Source of the DNA: an uncultured Janthinobacterium sp. | Lineage (GTDB): Bacteria; Vulcanimicrobiota; Vulcanimicrobiia; Vulcanimicrobiales; Vulcanimicrobiaceae | NCBI GenBank assembly: GCA_964658025.1 | Contig: CAZZXB010000043.1 | Span: forward strand, 4,044 to 21,421 | DNA: 17,378 nt | Reading direction: 5' to 3' | Shown: piece after piece, positions 1 through 7,223 of the stretch | Numbering within the stretch: the first letter of the stretch is position 1 | How the letters are laid out: every line of letters starts with the position of its first letter | Translations under genes and position numbers: made by a program | The notes under the pieces: generated by a model | Seen by the model: only the letters and a program-made list of their open reading frames with translations | What the model was told of the DNA's origin: nothing | The model's database searches: none

Positions 1-1015
1 CCCACGACAGCGCCGCGCGGACGCGTTCGTTCGCATCCTCGGCGAGCGTTCGCGCGATCGTGCCGCGTACCGCGTCGTGAACCGCTTCGGGTTTGCGCAA
101 ACGCACGTCGCTTTTCGTGGGATGGACGTTCGGATCGACGTGATCGGGATCGACGTCGACGAACAGCACGCCGAACGCGTGCCGTCCGACGAGCGCGTAG
201 GACGCATACGCCGCGCTCCACGCACCCGCGAGCAGCGTCGAACGCAAGAGGCGATCGTTCACGAAGAGCAGCTGCATCCGCCGGTCGCCGCGATCGGTCC
301 CCGGACGGCTCACGTAACCGCGCACGCGCGCGCCCGGCGCGGCGAATTCGCGCAACGCGACGAGCGAGCTCGCGGCGGATCCGAACACGTGCGCGAGACG
401 TTGCGCGAGCGCGGGCGACGCGGGGAACACGAACGTCGGTCGACCGTCGTGCGCGAGCGAGAACGTCACGTGCGGATACGCGAGCGCGAGCGTCGCGAGA
501 AACGTCGAGATGCGCGCGAACTCGGCCGAGGGCGACCGGACGTATTCGCGGCGGACCGGCACGTTGCCGAACAGATCTTCGACGACGACGCGCGTGCCGA
601 GGGGCGTCGCGATCGGCTCCGGTTCGCCGACCGCGATGCCGTGCGCGTCCACGGCGTACCCGATCTCGCCGCCGAGCGGGCGCGAGACGAGGCGCACGCG
701 CGCGATCGCGGCGATGCTCGCGAGACCCTCGCCACGGAAGCCGAGCGTCGCGATCCGCTCGAGATCGCTCGCGTCGCCGAGCTTGCTCGTCGCGTGCCGC
801 GCGAACGCGAGCGCGAGCTCGTCGCGCGCGATCCCCATGCCGTCGTCGAGCACGTCGATCCGGTCGAGACCGCCGCGACGGATATCGACCGCGATCCGCG
901 TCGCGCCGGCGTCGAGCGAGTTCTCGACGAGTTCTTTCACGACCGAGAGCGGTCGTTCGACGACTTCGCCCGCCGCGATCTGTCCGACCGTCGTCGCGTC
1001 GAGTAACCGGATCAC
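1..1015 (-). CDS. mutL: DNA mismatch repair endonuclease MutL, N-terminal ATPase part (partial, continues beyond left edge)
   Basis: Manual minus-strand translation from GTG at 1015 gives MIRLLDATTVGQIAAGEVVERPLSVVKELVENSLDAGATRI... and RHATSKL...IATLGFRGEGLASIAA, the MutL GHKL motifs. It is absent from the ORF track because there is no stop in the window. The + ORF 77..1006 is its antisense shadow. Confidence 0.97.
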   Translation of the reverse strand, partial: MIRLLDATTVGQIAAGEVVERPLSVVKELVENSLDAGATRIAVDIRRGGLDRIDVLDDGMGIARDELALAFARHATSKLGDASDLERIATLGFRGEGLASIAAIARVRLVSRPLGGEIGYAVDAHGIAVGEPEPIATPLGTRVVVEDLFGNVPVRREYVRSPSAEFARISTFLATLALAYPHVTFSLAHDGRPTFVFPASPALAQRLAHVFGSAASSLVALREFAAPGARVRGYVSRPGTDRGDRRMQLLFVNDRLLRSTLLAGAWSAAYASYALVGRHAFGVLFVDVDPDHVDPNVHPTKSDVRLRKPEAVHDAVRGTIARTLAEDANERVRAALSW

Positions 1016-1023
1016 GAGGATCT

Positions 1024-2574
1024 CTATACGGCGAGCTTGATCGCGTCCCCGCGCCGCGCGCGCGGAACGCGCACGGTGAAGCGACAGCCGGCCCCCGGCC
1101 GACTGAGCAGCGTGAGTTCGCCGCCGGCACGCTCGACCGCGCGCCGCGCGATCGCGAGCCCCAGGCCGAAACCCTCCGATTCGCCCCGTTCCGATCCGCG
1201 GTAGAAGCGGTCGAACACGTGCTCTTGCTCTTCGGCCGCGATGCCGGGACCGCCGTCGATCACCTCGACGATCGCGTCGTTGCCTTCGCTACGCGCCCGG
1301 ATGAAGACGGGCGCGCCCGGCGCGTACTTCACGGCGTTCTCGACGAGGTTGCCGATCGCGTCGTGCATCTCGGATTCGTCGCCGACGGCGAGCGCGGTGC
1401 CGACGCGCTCGACGCGCACCGCGGGCGCGTCCGGCAAGACGGCGTACGGCGTCGCGATCCGTTCTGCGAGCTCGCAGAGATCGAACGTCTCTCTCGCGCG
1501 CGCTTCGACGCCGGGATGCTCCAGACGCGCGAGCAGGATGAGTTTTTCGATCAGCGCGCGCATCCGTCGGCTCTCGGCGAGCATCGTGTCGTAGATCCGC
1601 GTCGCACTCGATTCGTCGCTTCCGGCGCGGCGACGCAATACGTCGATGAAGCCCATGATGACGGTCAGCGGCGTGCGCAATTCGTGACTCGCGTCGGCGA
1701 CGAACTGCCGCATCTGCGCCTCGACCGCGCGCCGTTCCTCGAACGCGGCGGCGACCTGCGCGGCCGCCGCGTTGTAGGCGAGCACGAGGGCGCCGATTTC
1801 GTTGCGTTCCGACGTCTCGATCGTGCGCGGCGTGAAATCGCCCGCGCCGAAACGCTCGAGCGAACGCGTCGTCGCGGCGAGCGGACGGAGCGCCTGCTGC
1901 GCGATCGCGCGGCCGAGAAACCACGCGAGCACGATCACGAACGCGCCGATCGGCAACATCGCGAGCCAGAAGTCGTGGATCGTATCCGCGATCGGCGTGG
2001 GGTTCGGAAAGATCGTGAGGCGACCGCCCGGGATCGCGACGTTGACGGGCTCGAGTTTGAGGAAGAGATCGAGTCCGAACGGGAACGGCTCCATGCGTTC
2101 GAAGCGGCGCGGCGGAAACGGCGGCGGCGGTCCGGGCGGCGCCGCACCGGAGGCGGGCCCGCCCGCGCCGTTGGGAAACGGCGGGCCGCCCGGCCCGCCG
2201 GGCCCCGGCCCGCCGTCGGCGCGGTCGCGATCGCTCGCCGTCGTCACCGTGAAGCGACCGTTGGCGTCGGCCGGTCCCGTACCGGCGAGAAACTGACGGC
2301 CCGTTTTTCCCATCCCGAAGATGACGACGCGCAGATTCTCTTGCGAGAGATTGCGGACGATCGAGGGCGCCGCTTTCGCGAGCGACCCCTCGCGTGCGAT
2401 CTGCACGCGCGCTTCGTCCGGGGCGCTCCGCGCGACCGCGGCGCTCGCCGCCCGCACCGCGACGCCGAACGACGAAAGCGCGAACGTGGTAACGGCCGCG
2501 ATGACGATGACGATGAGGACGATCGCGGCGAGCACGTAACTCGCCGTGAGGCGCGTCGCGAGGCTACGGAACAT
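1024..2574 (-). CDS. Membrane sensor histidine kinase (TM-extracytoplasmic-TM-HAMP-HisKA-HATPase), MprB/OmpR-partner type
   Basis: Two hydrophobic segments, HAMP-like LRPL...NEIGALVLAYN, H-box QFVADASHELRTPLT, N-box NLVENAVKY, G1 DGGPGI, F-box FDRFYR, G2 GFGLGLAI. Confidence 0.95.
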   Translation of the reverse strand: MFRSLATRLTASYVLAAIVLIVIVIAAVTTFALSSFGVAVRAASAAVARSAPDEARVQIAREGSLAKAAPSIVRNLSQENLRVVIFGMGKTGRQFLAGTGPADANGRFTVTTASDRDRADGGPGPGGPGGPPFPNGAGGPASGAAPPGPPPPFPPRRFERMEPFPFGLDLFLKLEPVNVAIPGGRLTIFPNPTPIADTIHDFWLAMLPIGAFVIVLAWFLGRAIAQQALRPLAATTRSLERFGAGDFTPRTIETSERNEIGALVLAYNAAAAQVAAAFEERRAVEAQMRQFVADASHELRTPLTVIMGFIDVLRRRAGSDESSATRIYDTMLAESRRMRALIEKLILLARLEHPGVEARARETFDLCELAERIATPYAVLPDAPAVRVERVGTALAVGDESEMHDAIGNLVENAVKYAPGAPVFIRARSEGNDAIVEVIDGGPGIAAEEQEHVFDRFYRGSERGESEGFGLGLAIARRAVERAGGELTLLSRPGAGCRFTVRVPRARRGDAIKLAV

Positions 2575-2577
2575 GCA

Positions 2578-3255
2578 TTACTGTTCGCGTAGCGAGTAGC
2601 CGACACCCCGATGCGTGTGGATCAAGCGGCTCGGAAAGCCGTGATCGATCTTCGCGCGCAGATACGAGACGTACGTCTCGACCGCGCCCGGGCCGACGAA
2701 CCGCTCCGTGCCCCATACCGAATCGAGCAACTGATCGCGACTGAGCACGCGATTGGGATTGCGCAACAAGACGACGAGGAGATCGTATTCGCGCGCGGAG
2801 AGCGCGATGCGTTTTTCGGCGCGCGTCGCGATCCGCGTTTCGAGATTGATCTCGAGATCGGCGAAACGGAGCGTCTGCGGTTGCGCGAGCTTCGGTCGAC
2901 GTAACGCCGTCTCGAGCCGCGCGATGAGTTCGGCGATCTCGAACGGCTTCGTAACGTAATCGTCGGCGCCGCCGTGCAATCCCGCGATCTTATCGTTCGT
3001 CTCGCCCTTCGCCGACAGCATCACGATCGGCGCCTCGGTGAGTTTGCGGAACATCGGCAAGAGCGCGATGCCGTCGACCTTCGGGAGCATGACGTCGAGC
3101 ACGATCGCGTCGGGCTCCCAATGACGCGCGATCTGGAGACCGATCTGACCGTCGGCGGCCGAGCGAACTTCGTACCCGTCGTCGGCGAGCCCGATCTCGA
3201 GCAGTTCGCGGATGTGCCGTTCGTCGTCGATGACGAGGATGCGCGCGTTCGACAT
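2578..3255 (-). CDS. OmpR/PhoB-family response regulator (MprA-like)
   Basis: Receiver ILVIDDE, LDVMLP (phospho-Asp), GADDYVTKPF. Winged helix LSAREYDLL...VETYVSYLRAKID...IHTHRGVGY. 3 nt gap to the kinase start. Confidence 0.96.
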   Translation of the reverse strand: MSNARILVIDDERHIRELLEIGLADDGYEVRSAADGQIGLQIARHWEPDAIVLDVMLPKVDGIALLPMFRKLTEAPIVMLSAKGETNDKIAGLHGGADDYVTKPFEIAELIARLETALRRPKLAQPQTLRFADLEINLETRIATRAEKRIALSAREYDLLVVLLRNPNRVLSRDQLLDSVWGTERFVGPGAVETYVSYLRAKIDHGFPSRLIHTHRGVGYSLREQ

Positions 3256-3264
3256 TGCACCACT

Positions 3265-3298
3265 ATGCTACGGTCGTTCTCTTAGAGCAAGCTGAGAG
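3265..3298 (-). promoter_or_regulatory. Putative autoregulated promoter of the regulator-kinase(-mutL) operon: tandem heptads plus -10-like hexamer
   Basis: Minus strand reads CTCTCAG-CTTG-CTCTAAG (3298-3281), 10 nt, TAGCAT (3270-3265), 9 nt, ATG (3255). An 11-bp period is typical of OmpR-family sites. Confidence 0.65.
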
Positions 3299-3303
3299 TT
3301 CCA

Positions 3304-3348
3304 TTCTCACCGGCTTCTCAGGCAGTTCGAAGGCTCGCACGGGATACT
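3304..3348 (+). promoter_or_regulatory. Putative response-regulator-dependent promoter of the STAS-like gene
   Basis: TTCTCAC (3304), TTCTCAG (3315), TTCGAAG (3326) at an 11-bp period, 10 nt, GATACT (3343-3348), 7 nt, ATG (3356). Confidence 0.6.
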
Positions 3349-3355
3349 TCTGCTC

Positions 3356-3736
3356 ATGCAGAGTCACGCTTCGGAACCCCACATTCACGAACGCGCCCTC
3401 GTCGTCGAATTGATCGGCGACCTCGATTCCACGCTCGGCGAGATCGTCGCGGAGACGATCGCCGTCCACGCGCGAGACGGCGCGACGAGCGTCGTCGTCT
3501 CCACGAAACACGTCACGCTCACCTCGCAGATCGGGATGGAGAAACTCGACGGCGCGCTCCTCGCGGCGCGCGAACTCGGTCTCACCGTCGCACTCGAACC
3601 CGGAAGTCGCAAGATGCGCACGGCCTTCAACAACGCGCGCATCGCGTGGGCGCCCGCGGGCGAGCGGCCCGCGACCGCCCGCTGCCTCATGATCGCGCGC
3701 CACGCGTCGCCCGCGACCGCGACGAAAGCCGCGTAA
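3356..3736 (+). CDS. Small STAS-like (anti-sigma-factor-antagonist-like) protein, degenerate
   Basis: 126 aa. LVVELIGDLD...VVVSTKHVTLTSQIGMEKL...ARELGLTVAL follows the STAS beta/alpha pattern by eye. It has normal coding composition and is followed by a terminator. Confidence 0.65.
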   Translation: MQSHASEPHIHERALVVELIGDLDSTLGEIVAETIAVHARDGATSVVVSTKHVTLTSQIGMEKLDGALLAARELGLTVALEPGSRKMRTAFNNARIAWAPAGERPATARCLMIARHASPATATKAA

Positions 3737-3779
3737 CCGCCACGGCGCGCGAGCGCCGCTCCGCACCCACCCCGCTTTC

Positions 3780-3814
3780 CGCCGCGTTCGAGTACGAACG
3801 CGGCGTTAGTTTTT
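3780..3814 (+). terminator. Intrinsic terminator after the STAS-like gene
   Basis: Perfect 11-bp stem CGCCGCGTTCG-AGTA-CGAACGCGGCG (3780-3805) followed by TTAGTTTTT, located between convergent genes. Confidence 0.8.
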
Positions 3815-3817
3815 GCT

Positions 3818-6800
3818 TCAGCCTCCCGCTTTGAGGCTGCCGCCGCCCTGCGGTAACTCGGCGGGTCGGACGAAGACGAGTCCGACGCCCGGCACGTAGT
3901 AGAGTCCCGGACGACCGTTCGTCGCGATCCCCTTCGCGCTCGCTTGCGCCGCGGTCCACGCGGTGAGGTACGCGCACCCGGTGAACGCACGGAAGGCGCG
4001 CAGGTTCGGATCGTTGCGGAAGGCCTCGCGTCGCGCGTTCGCTTGCGCGGAACTCTCGGGCGAACCGCCTTCACCGGGCGGTCCGCCGCCATCGCCCGGC
4101 GGAGGTCCGCCGCCCGGCCCGCCCGGCCCGCCGCCGGGACCGCCGAAGCCGCCGCCCGGCGGCGGGCCGCCGCCGAAACCGCGATCGCCGCCGGGGCCGC
4201 CCGGGCCGCCCGCACCGTCCTGCCCGCGCGGACCGTTCGCACCGCCGGGAGCACCCTGCGGACGATGCGGACGGAGTTCGAGATAGTACGGCACCGAAGG
4301 ATCTTTCGTCGCCGGATGCGCGGTCACGTCGAAGGCCGCGATCGCCGGCGGCGTCGCCTTCGCGGCATACGCCGTCGCGTAGGCGCGGAGCTGGTCGAAT
4401 ACGGGCTTCGCGTCCGCTTGGAGGTCCGTCGTACACGATTCGCGCGACGTCGCGAGCGAGAGCGGATCGACGCCGGGCGGCGGCGGAACCGGAACGAACC
4501 GCGCGCCGCGCGGCGGCCCCGACGGCTCGGGCGCCGGCGGCGGCGTGGCCTGCGCGATCGTCCGACCGCGGCCGCCCGTCGCGATCGAGGCGAACGCGGG
4601 ACCCGGTCGCGGACCGCCGATGACGGTCGTGTACGAGAGATTGATCGAACGCGGAACGAGCGGTACCGCCGCCGTCCGCAGCGTCGTGCCGTCGGAGAGC
4701 GGGAGCGCGAGCGCGTTCGCGTCGGTCGCGAACACGCCGCCGTACGTATCGAAGACGTTGTTCTCGAACAACGTCACCTGACCCGGACCGAAGCGATGCG
4801 AGATCCCCGCCGAAACGCTCACGTACGGCCCGAGATTCTGCTGGTTGTTCGTCCCCGTGTACGACGCGTTGCCGAGCAGTTCGATGCCGCTCTGCGGCAG
4901 GTACGCGTCGACCGTCACGTTCCCGCGATGGAGCGGTCGGTTCGGCAATTGCGCGCCGACGATCGTCGTCGAGGGGCCGTCCGCGAGCCGCGCGCTCGCG
5001 GACGTGAGGATCGCGGCGTTGAGCGAATAATTCGGAATGACGACGACGTTGCGCCCGATACCGAAGCGGCCGCGCAGGTTGATCCCGCGATAGATCCGTC
5101 GCGTCCCCGAGACGGGCACCTGCGCGTACGTGGTCGGCGACGCCGTGCCGCCGCAGACGCTCGGCGAATCGTACGCCGCGTGCAACGCGTCGAGATAGCC
5201 CGCCGGATAATACGCGGCCGGTTCTTCGACGAGCGCCGTGATCACCTGACCCGATTGCACCTGCGAGAAGGCGTCGACCGAGAGTTGGTTCCCGCCGAAC
5301 GTGTGCGTCCAATTCGCGTCGAGCGACGCGGCCGATTGCGCGCCGCCGTTCGTATCGCCCGGACCGGCGACGAGCGCCGTCTTCGCGCCGCAATCGAAAC
5401 GCGCGCCCGAGGGATCGGAGAACGAGCGGTTGAGATCGATGCTCGGCTGGGAACTGCCGAACGAGGTCGAGATGCCGAAGCGATCCGCCGTTTGCGGCTG
5501 CCACGTCGCGCCGATCCCGCCGAGCACGCTCGTCCCGAGCGTCGTCGTGTTCACGAGCGAGACGTTCGGCTGGAGCGAGAGCCGGTCGCTATACTTGTAA
5601 CTGTCGGAGAATCCGTAACTCGTCGACGAGATCGCGTTCGTGAACGGAAGCTGGAAGCGCGATCCCGCGATCGGTTCGTTCGACGAGATCGACGCGTAGG
5701 TGTTCCCCGTGAACGAGAGCGTGTGGCGTCCTTGCGGGATCGAGGCGCTGTACGCCACGCCGCGCGTCAACTGATCGCTCGTTCCGATCGAGGGGAAGAG
5801 CGTCTCCTCGTAGCCCGCGTTCGGATCGCACGGTCCCTGGGCGATCGCGTCGACCGCGCAGGGCGGTTCGAGCACGTACCGGTTGGCGTCGTCGTTCGTC
5901 TGACGGTGCGCGCTCGTGTACCCGGAGAACGCCGTGGTGACGTTACCGACGAGCGAGTTCACGGTCGCGTACGCGAAACCGAAGCGGCCGTCGTTCCCGT
6001 TGCCCGGACCGATGCCGCACGGCAGGAGCGTCACGTCCTGCGCGCAGATCGACGTCGCGGCAAAATTATTCGAGAGCGCCGTGGCGTTGATCGTCGTCCG
6101 ATCGTCGCCGAGTCGATAGCGCAGTTTCGCGAAATCGCCAAGGCTCGTCGATTCGCCCTCGTGCGCGTACGTGAAGCCGCTCTGATCTTCGTAGGTGCGG
6201 AACGTGAGCGGATTGTTCGATCCACGCCAGGTGTGTTGGAGCGCGATCCCGAGCCCGCCGACGCTCCCCGTCCCCGCGAGCGAATAATTCGAACGATCGA
6301 ACGTCCCCGTGTCGCCGCTCGCGCGGAACTGCAGCGACTGCGTCGGTTGCAGCGTCCGGAAATTCACGCCGCCGCCGAGCGCGCCCGCCGTCGGTCCCGT
6401 GCTCACGCTCGAACCGGCGAAGAGATCGGTGCCGATCCCGCGCAGGTTCGTCGCGCTCCCGGGTGCGGAGAGCGGGATGCCGTCGAGCGTGATCGCCGTC
6501 TGCGATTCGTCGTGATTCTGTAGCGACACCGTGACCGCGCTGTTGGGATCGGTCGCGTCCTGCGTCACCGAGACGCCGGCGACCTGATCGAGCGCGTCCG
6601 TGAGCGAATTCGAGATGCGACGGACGGGACTGTTCTCGTTGATGTCGCTCGTCGCGACCGAGACGTGCGTCGTCGCGACGACCCGGCCGATCACGCGTAG
6701 CCCCGACGGATTCGACGCCGAGAGCTCCACGCGCACGTCGACCGAGCGCCCCTGGAGCACGTCGAACTCCTTGGAGGATCCGGTATCGAATCCGGATTTG

Positions 6801-7051
6801 CGGACGCGCACGCGATAGATCCCCGTCGGGACGTCCGTGTAGACGATCAGCCCGGCTCGCGTCGTGAGCGAACTCGCGCTCTGCGGCCCGAGCAGGATCG
6901 TCCGCGCGTCCGCGAGCGGCGCCCCGCCGCTCGCATCGACGACCGTGATCCGGATCTCACCCGTATCGCTCTGCGCGAACGCGGGCGCGGCCCACGCGAC
7001 GACGCAGCACCCGAACATGAGGGAATAGAAAATCCGCCGTACCGCTCGCAC
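3818..7051 (-). CDS. TonB-dependent-receptor-like outer membrane protein with N-terminal carboxypeptidase-regulatory-like domain and a long C-terminal extension
   Basis: Signal peptide ending APAFA|QS. Prealbumin-like GEIRITVVDASGGAPLADA...VPTGIYRVRVRKSGF. Plug-like LTDALDQVAGVSV...LDGIPL...GALGGGVNFRT. Alternating beta strands ending ...NNVFD...PRSINLSY. Start placed at GTG 7051 (alternative ATG 7069); the track start at 7321 overlaps mutS. Confidence 0.8.
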   Translation of the reverse strand: MRAVRRIFYSLMFGCCVVAWAAPAFAQSDTGEIRITVVDASGGAPLADARTILLGPQSASSLTTRAGLIVYTDVPTGIYRVRVRKSGFDTGSSKEFDVLQGRSVDVRVELSASNPSGLRVIGRVVATTHVSVATSDINENSPVRRISNSLTDALDQVAGVSVTQDATDPNSAVTVSLQNHDESQTAITLDGIPLSAPGSATNLRGIGTDLFAGSSVSTGPTAGALGGGVNFRTLQPTQSLQFRASGDTGTFDRSNYSLAGTGSVGGLGIALQHTWRGSNNPLTFRTYEDQSGFTYAHEGESTSLGDFAKLRYRLGDDRTTINATALSNNFAATSICAQDVTLLPCGIGPGNGNDGRFGFAYATVNSLVGNVTTAFSGYTSAHRQTNDDANRYVLEPPCAVDAIAQGPCDPNAGYEETLFPSIGTSDQLTRGVAYSASIPQGRHTLSFTGNTYASISSNEPIAGSRFQLPFTNAISSTSYGFSDSYKYSDRLSLQPNVSLVNTTTLGTSVLGGIGATWQPQTADRFGISTSFGSSQPSIDLNRSFSDPSGARFDCGAKTALVAGPGDTNGGAQSAASLDANWTHTFGGNQLSVDAFSQVQSGQVITALVEEPAAYYPAGYLDALHAAYDSPSVCGGTASPTTYAQVPVSGTRRIYRGINLRGRFGIGRNVVVIPNYSLNAAILTSASARLADGPSTTIVGAQLPNRPLHRGNVTVDAYLPQSGIELLGNASYTGTNNQQNLGPYVSVSAGISHRFGPGQVTLFENNVFDTYGGVFATDANALALPLSDGTTLRTAAVPLVPRSINLSYTTVIGGPRPGPAFASIATGGRGRTIAQATPPPAPEPSGPPRGARFVPVPPPPGVDPLSLATSRESCTTDLQADAKPVFDQLRAYATAYAAKATPPAIAAFDVTAHPATKDPSVPYYLELRPHRPQGAPGGANGPRGQDGAGGPGGPGGDRGFGGGPPPGGGFGGPGGGPGGPGGGPPPGDGGGPPGEGGSPESSAQANARREAFRNDPNLRAFRAFTGCAYLTAWTAAQASAKGIATNGRPGLYYVPGVGLVFVRPAELPQGGGSLKAGG

Positions 7052-7058
7052 AGGCCGC

Positions 7059-7092
7059 AGTGTAACCATTCTTCCTGCGAAGATCCTGTCAC
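7059..7092 (-). promoter_or_regulatory. Putative response-regulator-dependent leaderless promoter of the receptor gene
   Basis: Minus strand reads GTGACAG-GATC-TTCGCAG (7092-7075), 10 nt, TACACT (7064-7059), 7 nt, GTG (7051). Confidence 0.55.
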
Positions 7093-7223
7093 CGCGCGTC
7101 CATCGGATCGCGGTCGCCGTTCGTCGCCGTCGTCTCGGAGATCGAGCGCGACCGAAAAACCGAGCCGGCGCCGCGTGAAGGAATGCCCGCTCGAAGGGCC
7201 GCGCATGGGCCCTCAGGAGCCCC

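Noticed and set aside
77..1006. 309-aa + strand ORF
   Set aside because: It is the antisense shadow of mutL, Arg-rich and without motifs.
4065..4255. GC-rich quasi-repeats as a possible CRISPR or tandem DNA repeat
   Set aside because: They are irregular codon-level repeats encoding Gly/Pro, with no fixed repeat-spacer structure.
3944..6523. 859-aa + strand ORF (and similar 1219..2592, 10135..11880, 7213..8952)
   Set aside because: These are antisense or off-frame shadows of recognisable genes. Long stop-free frames are expected at this GC content and codon bias, and the products are low-complexity and Arg-rich.
7195..7213. AGGGCC/GGCCCT hairpin after the mutS stop as a terminator
   Set aside because: Only a 6-bp stem with no adjacent U-tract; too weak to call.
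1016..7223. The module as a mobile element
   Set aside because: No integrase or transposase, terminal repeats or obvious composition shift were seen.
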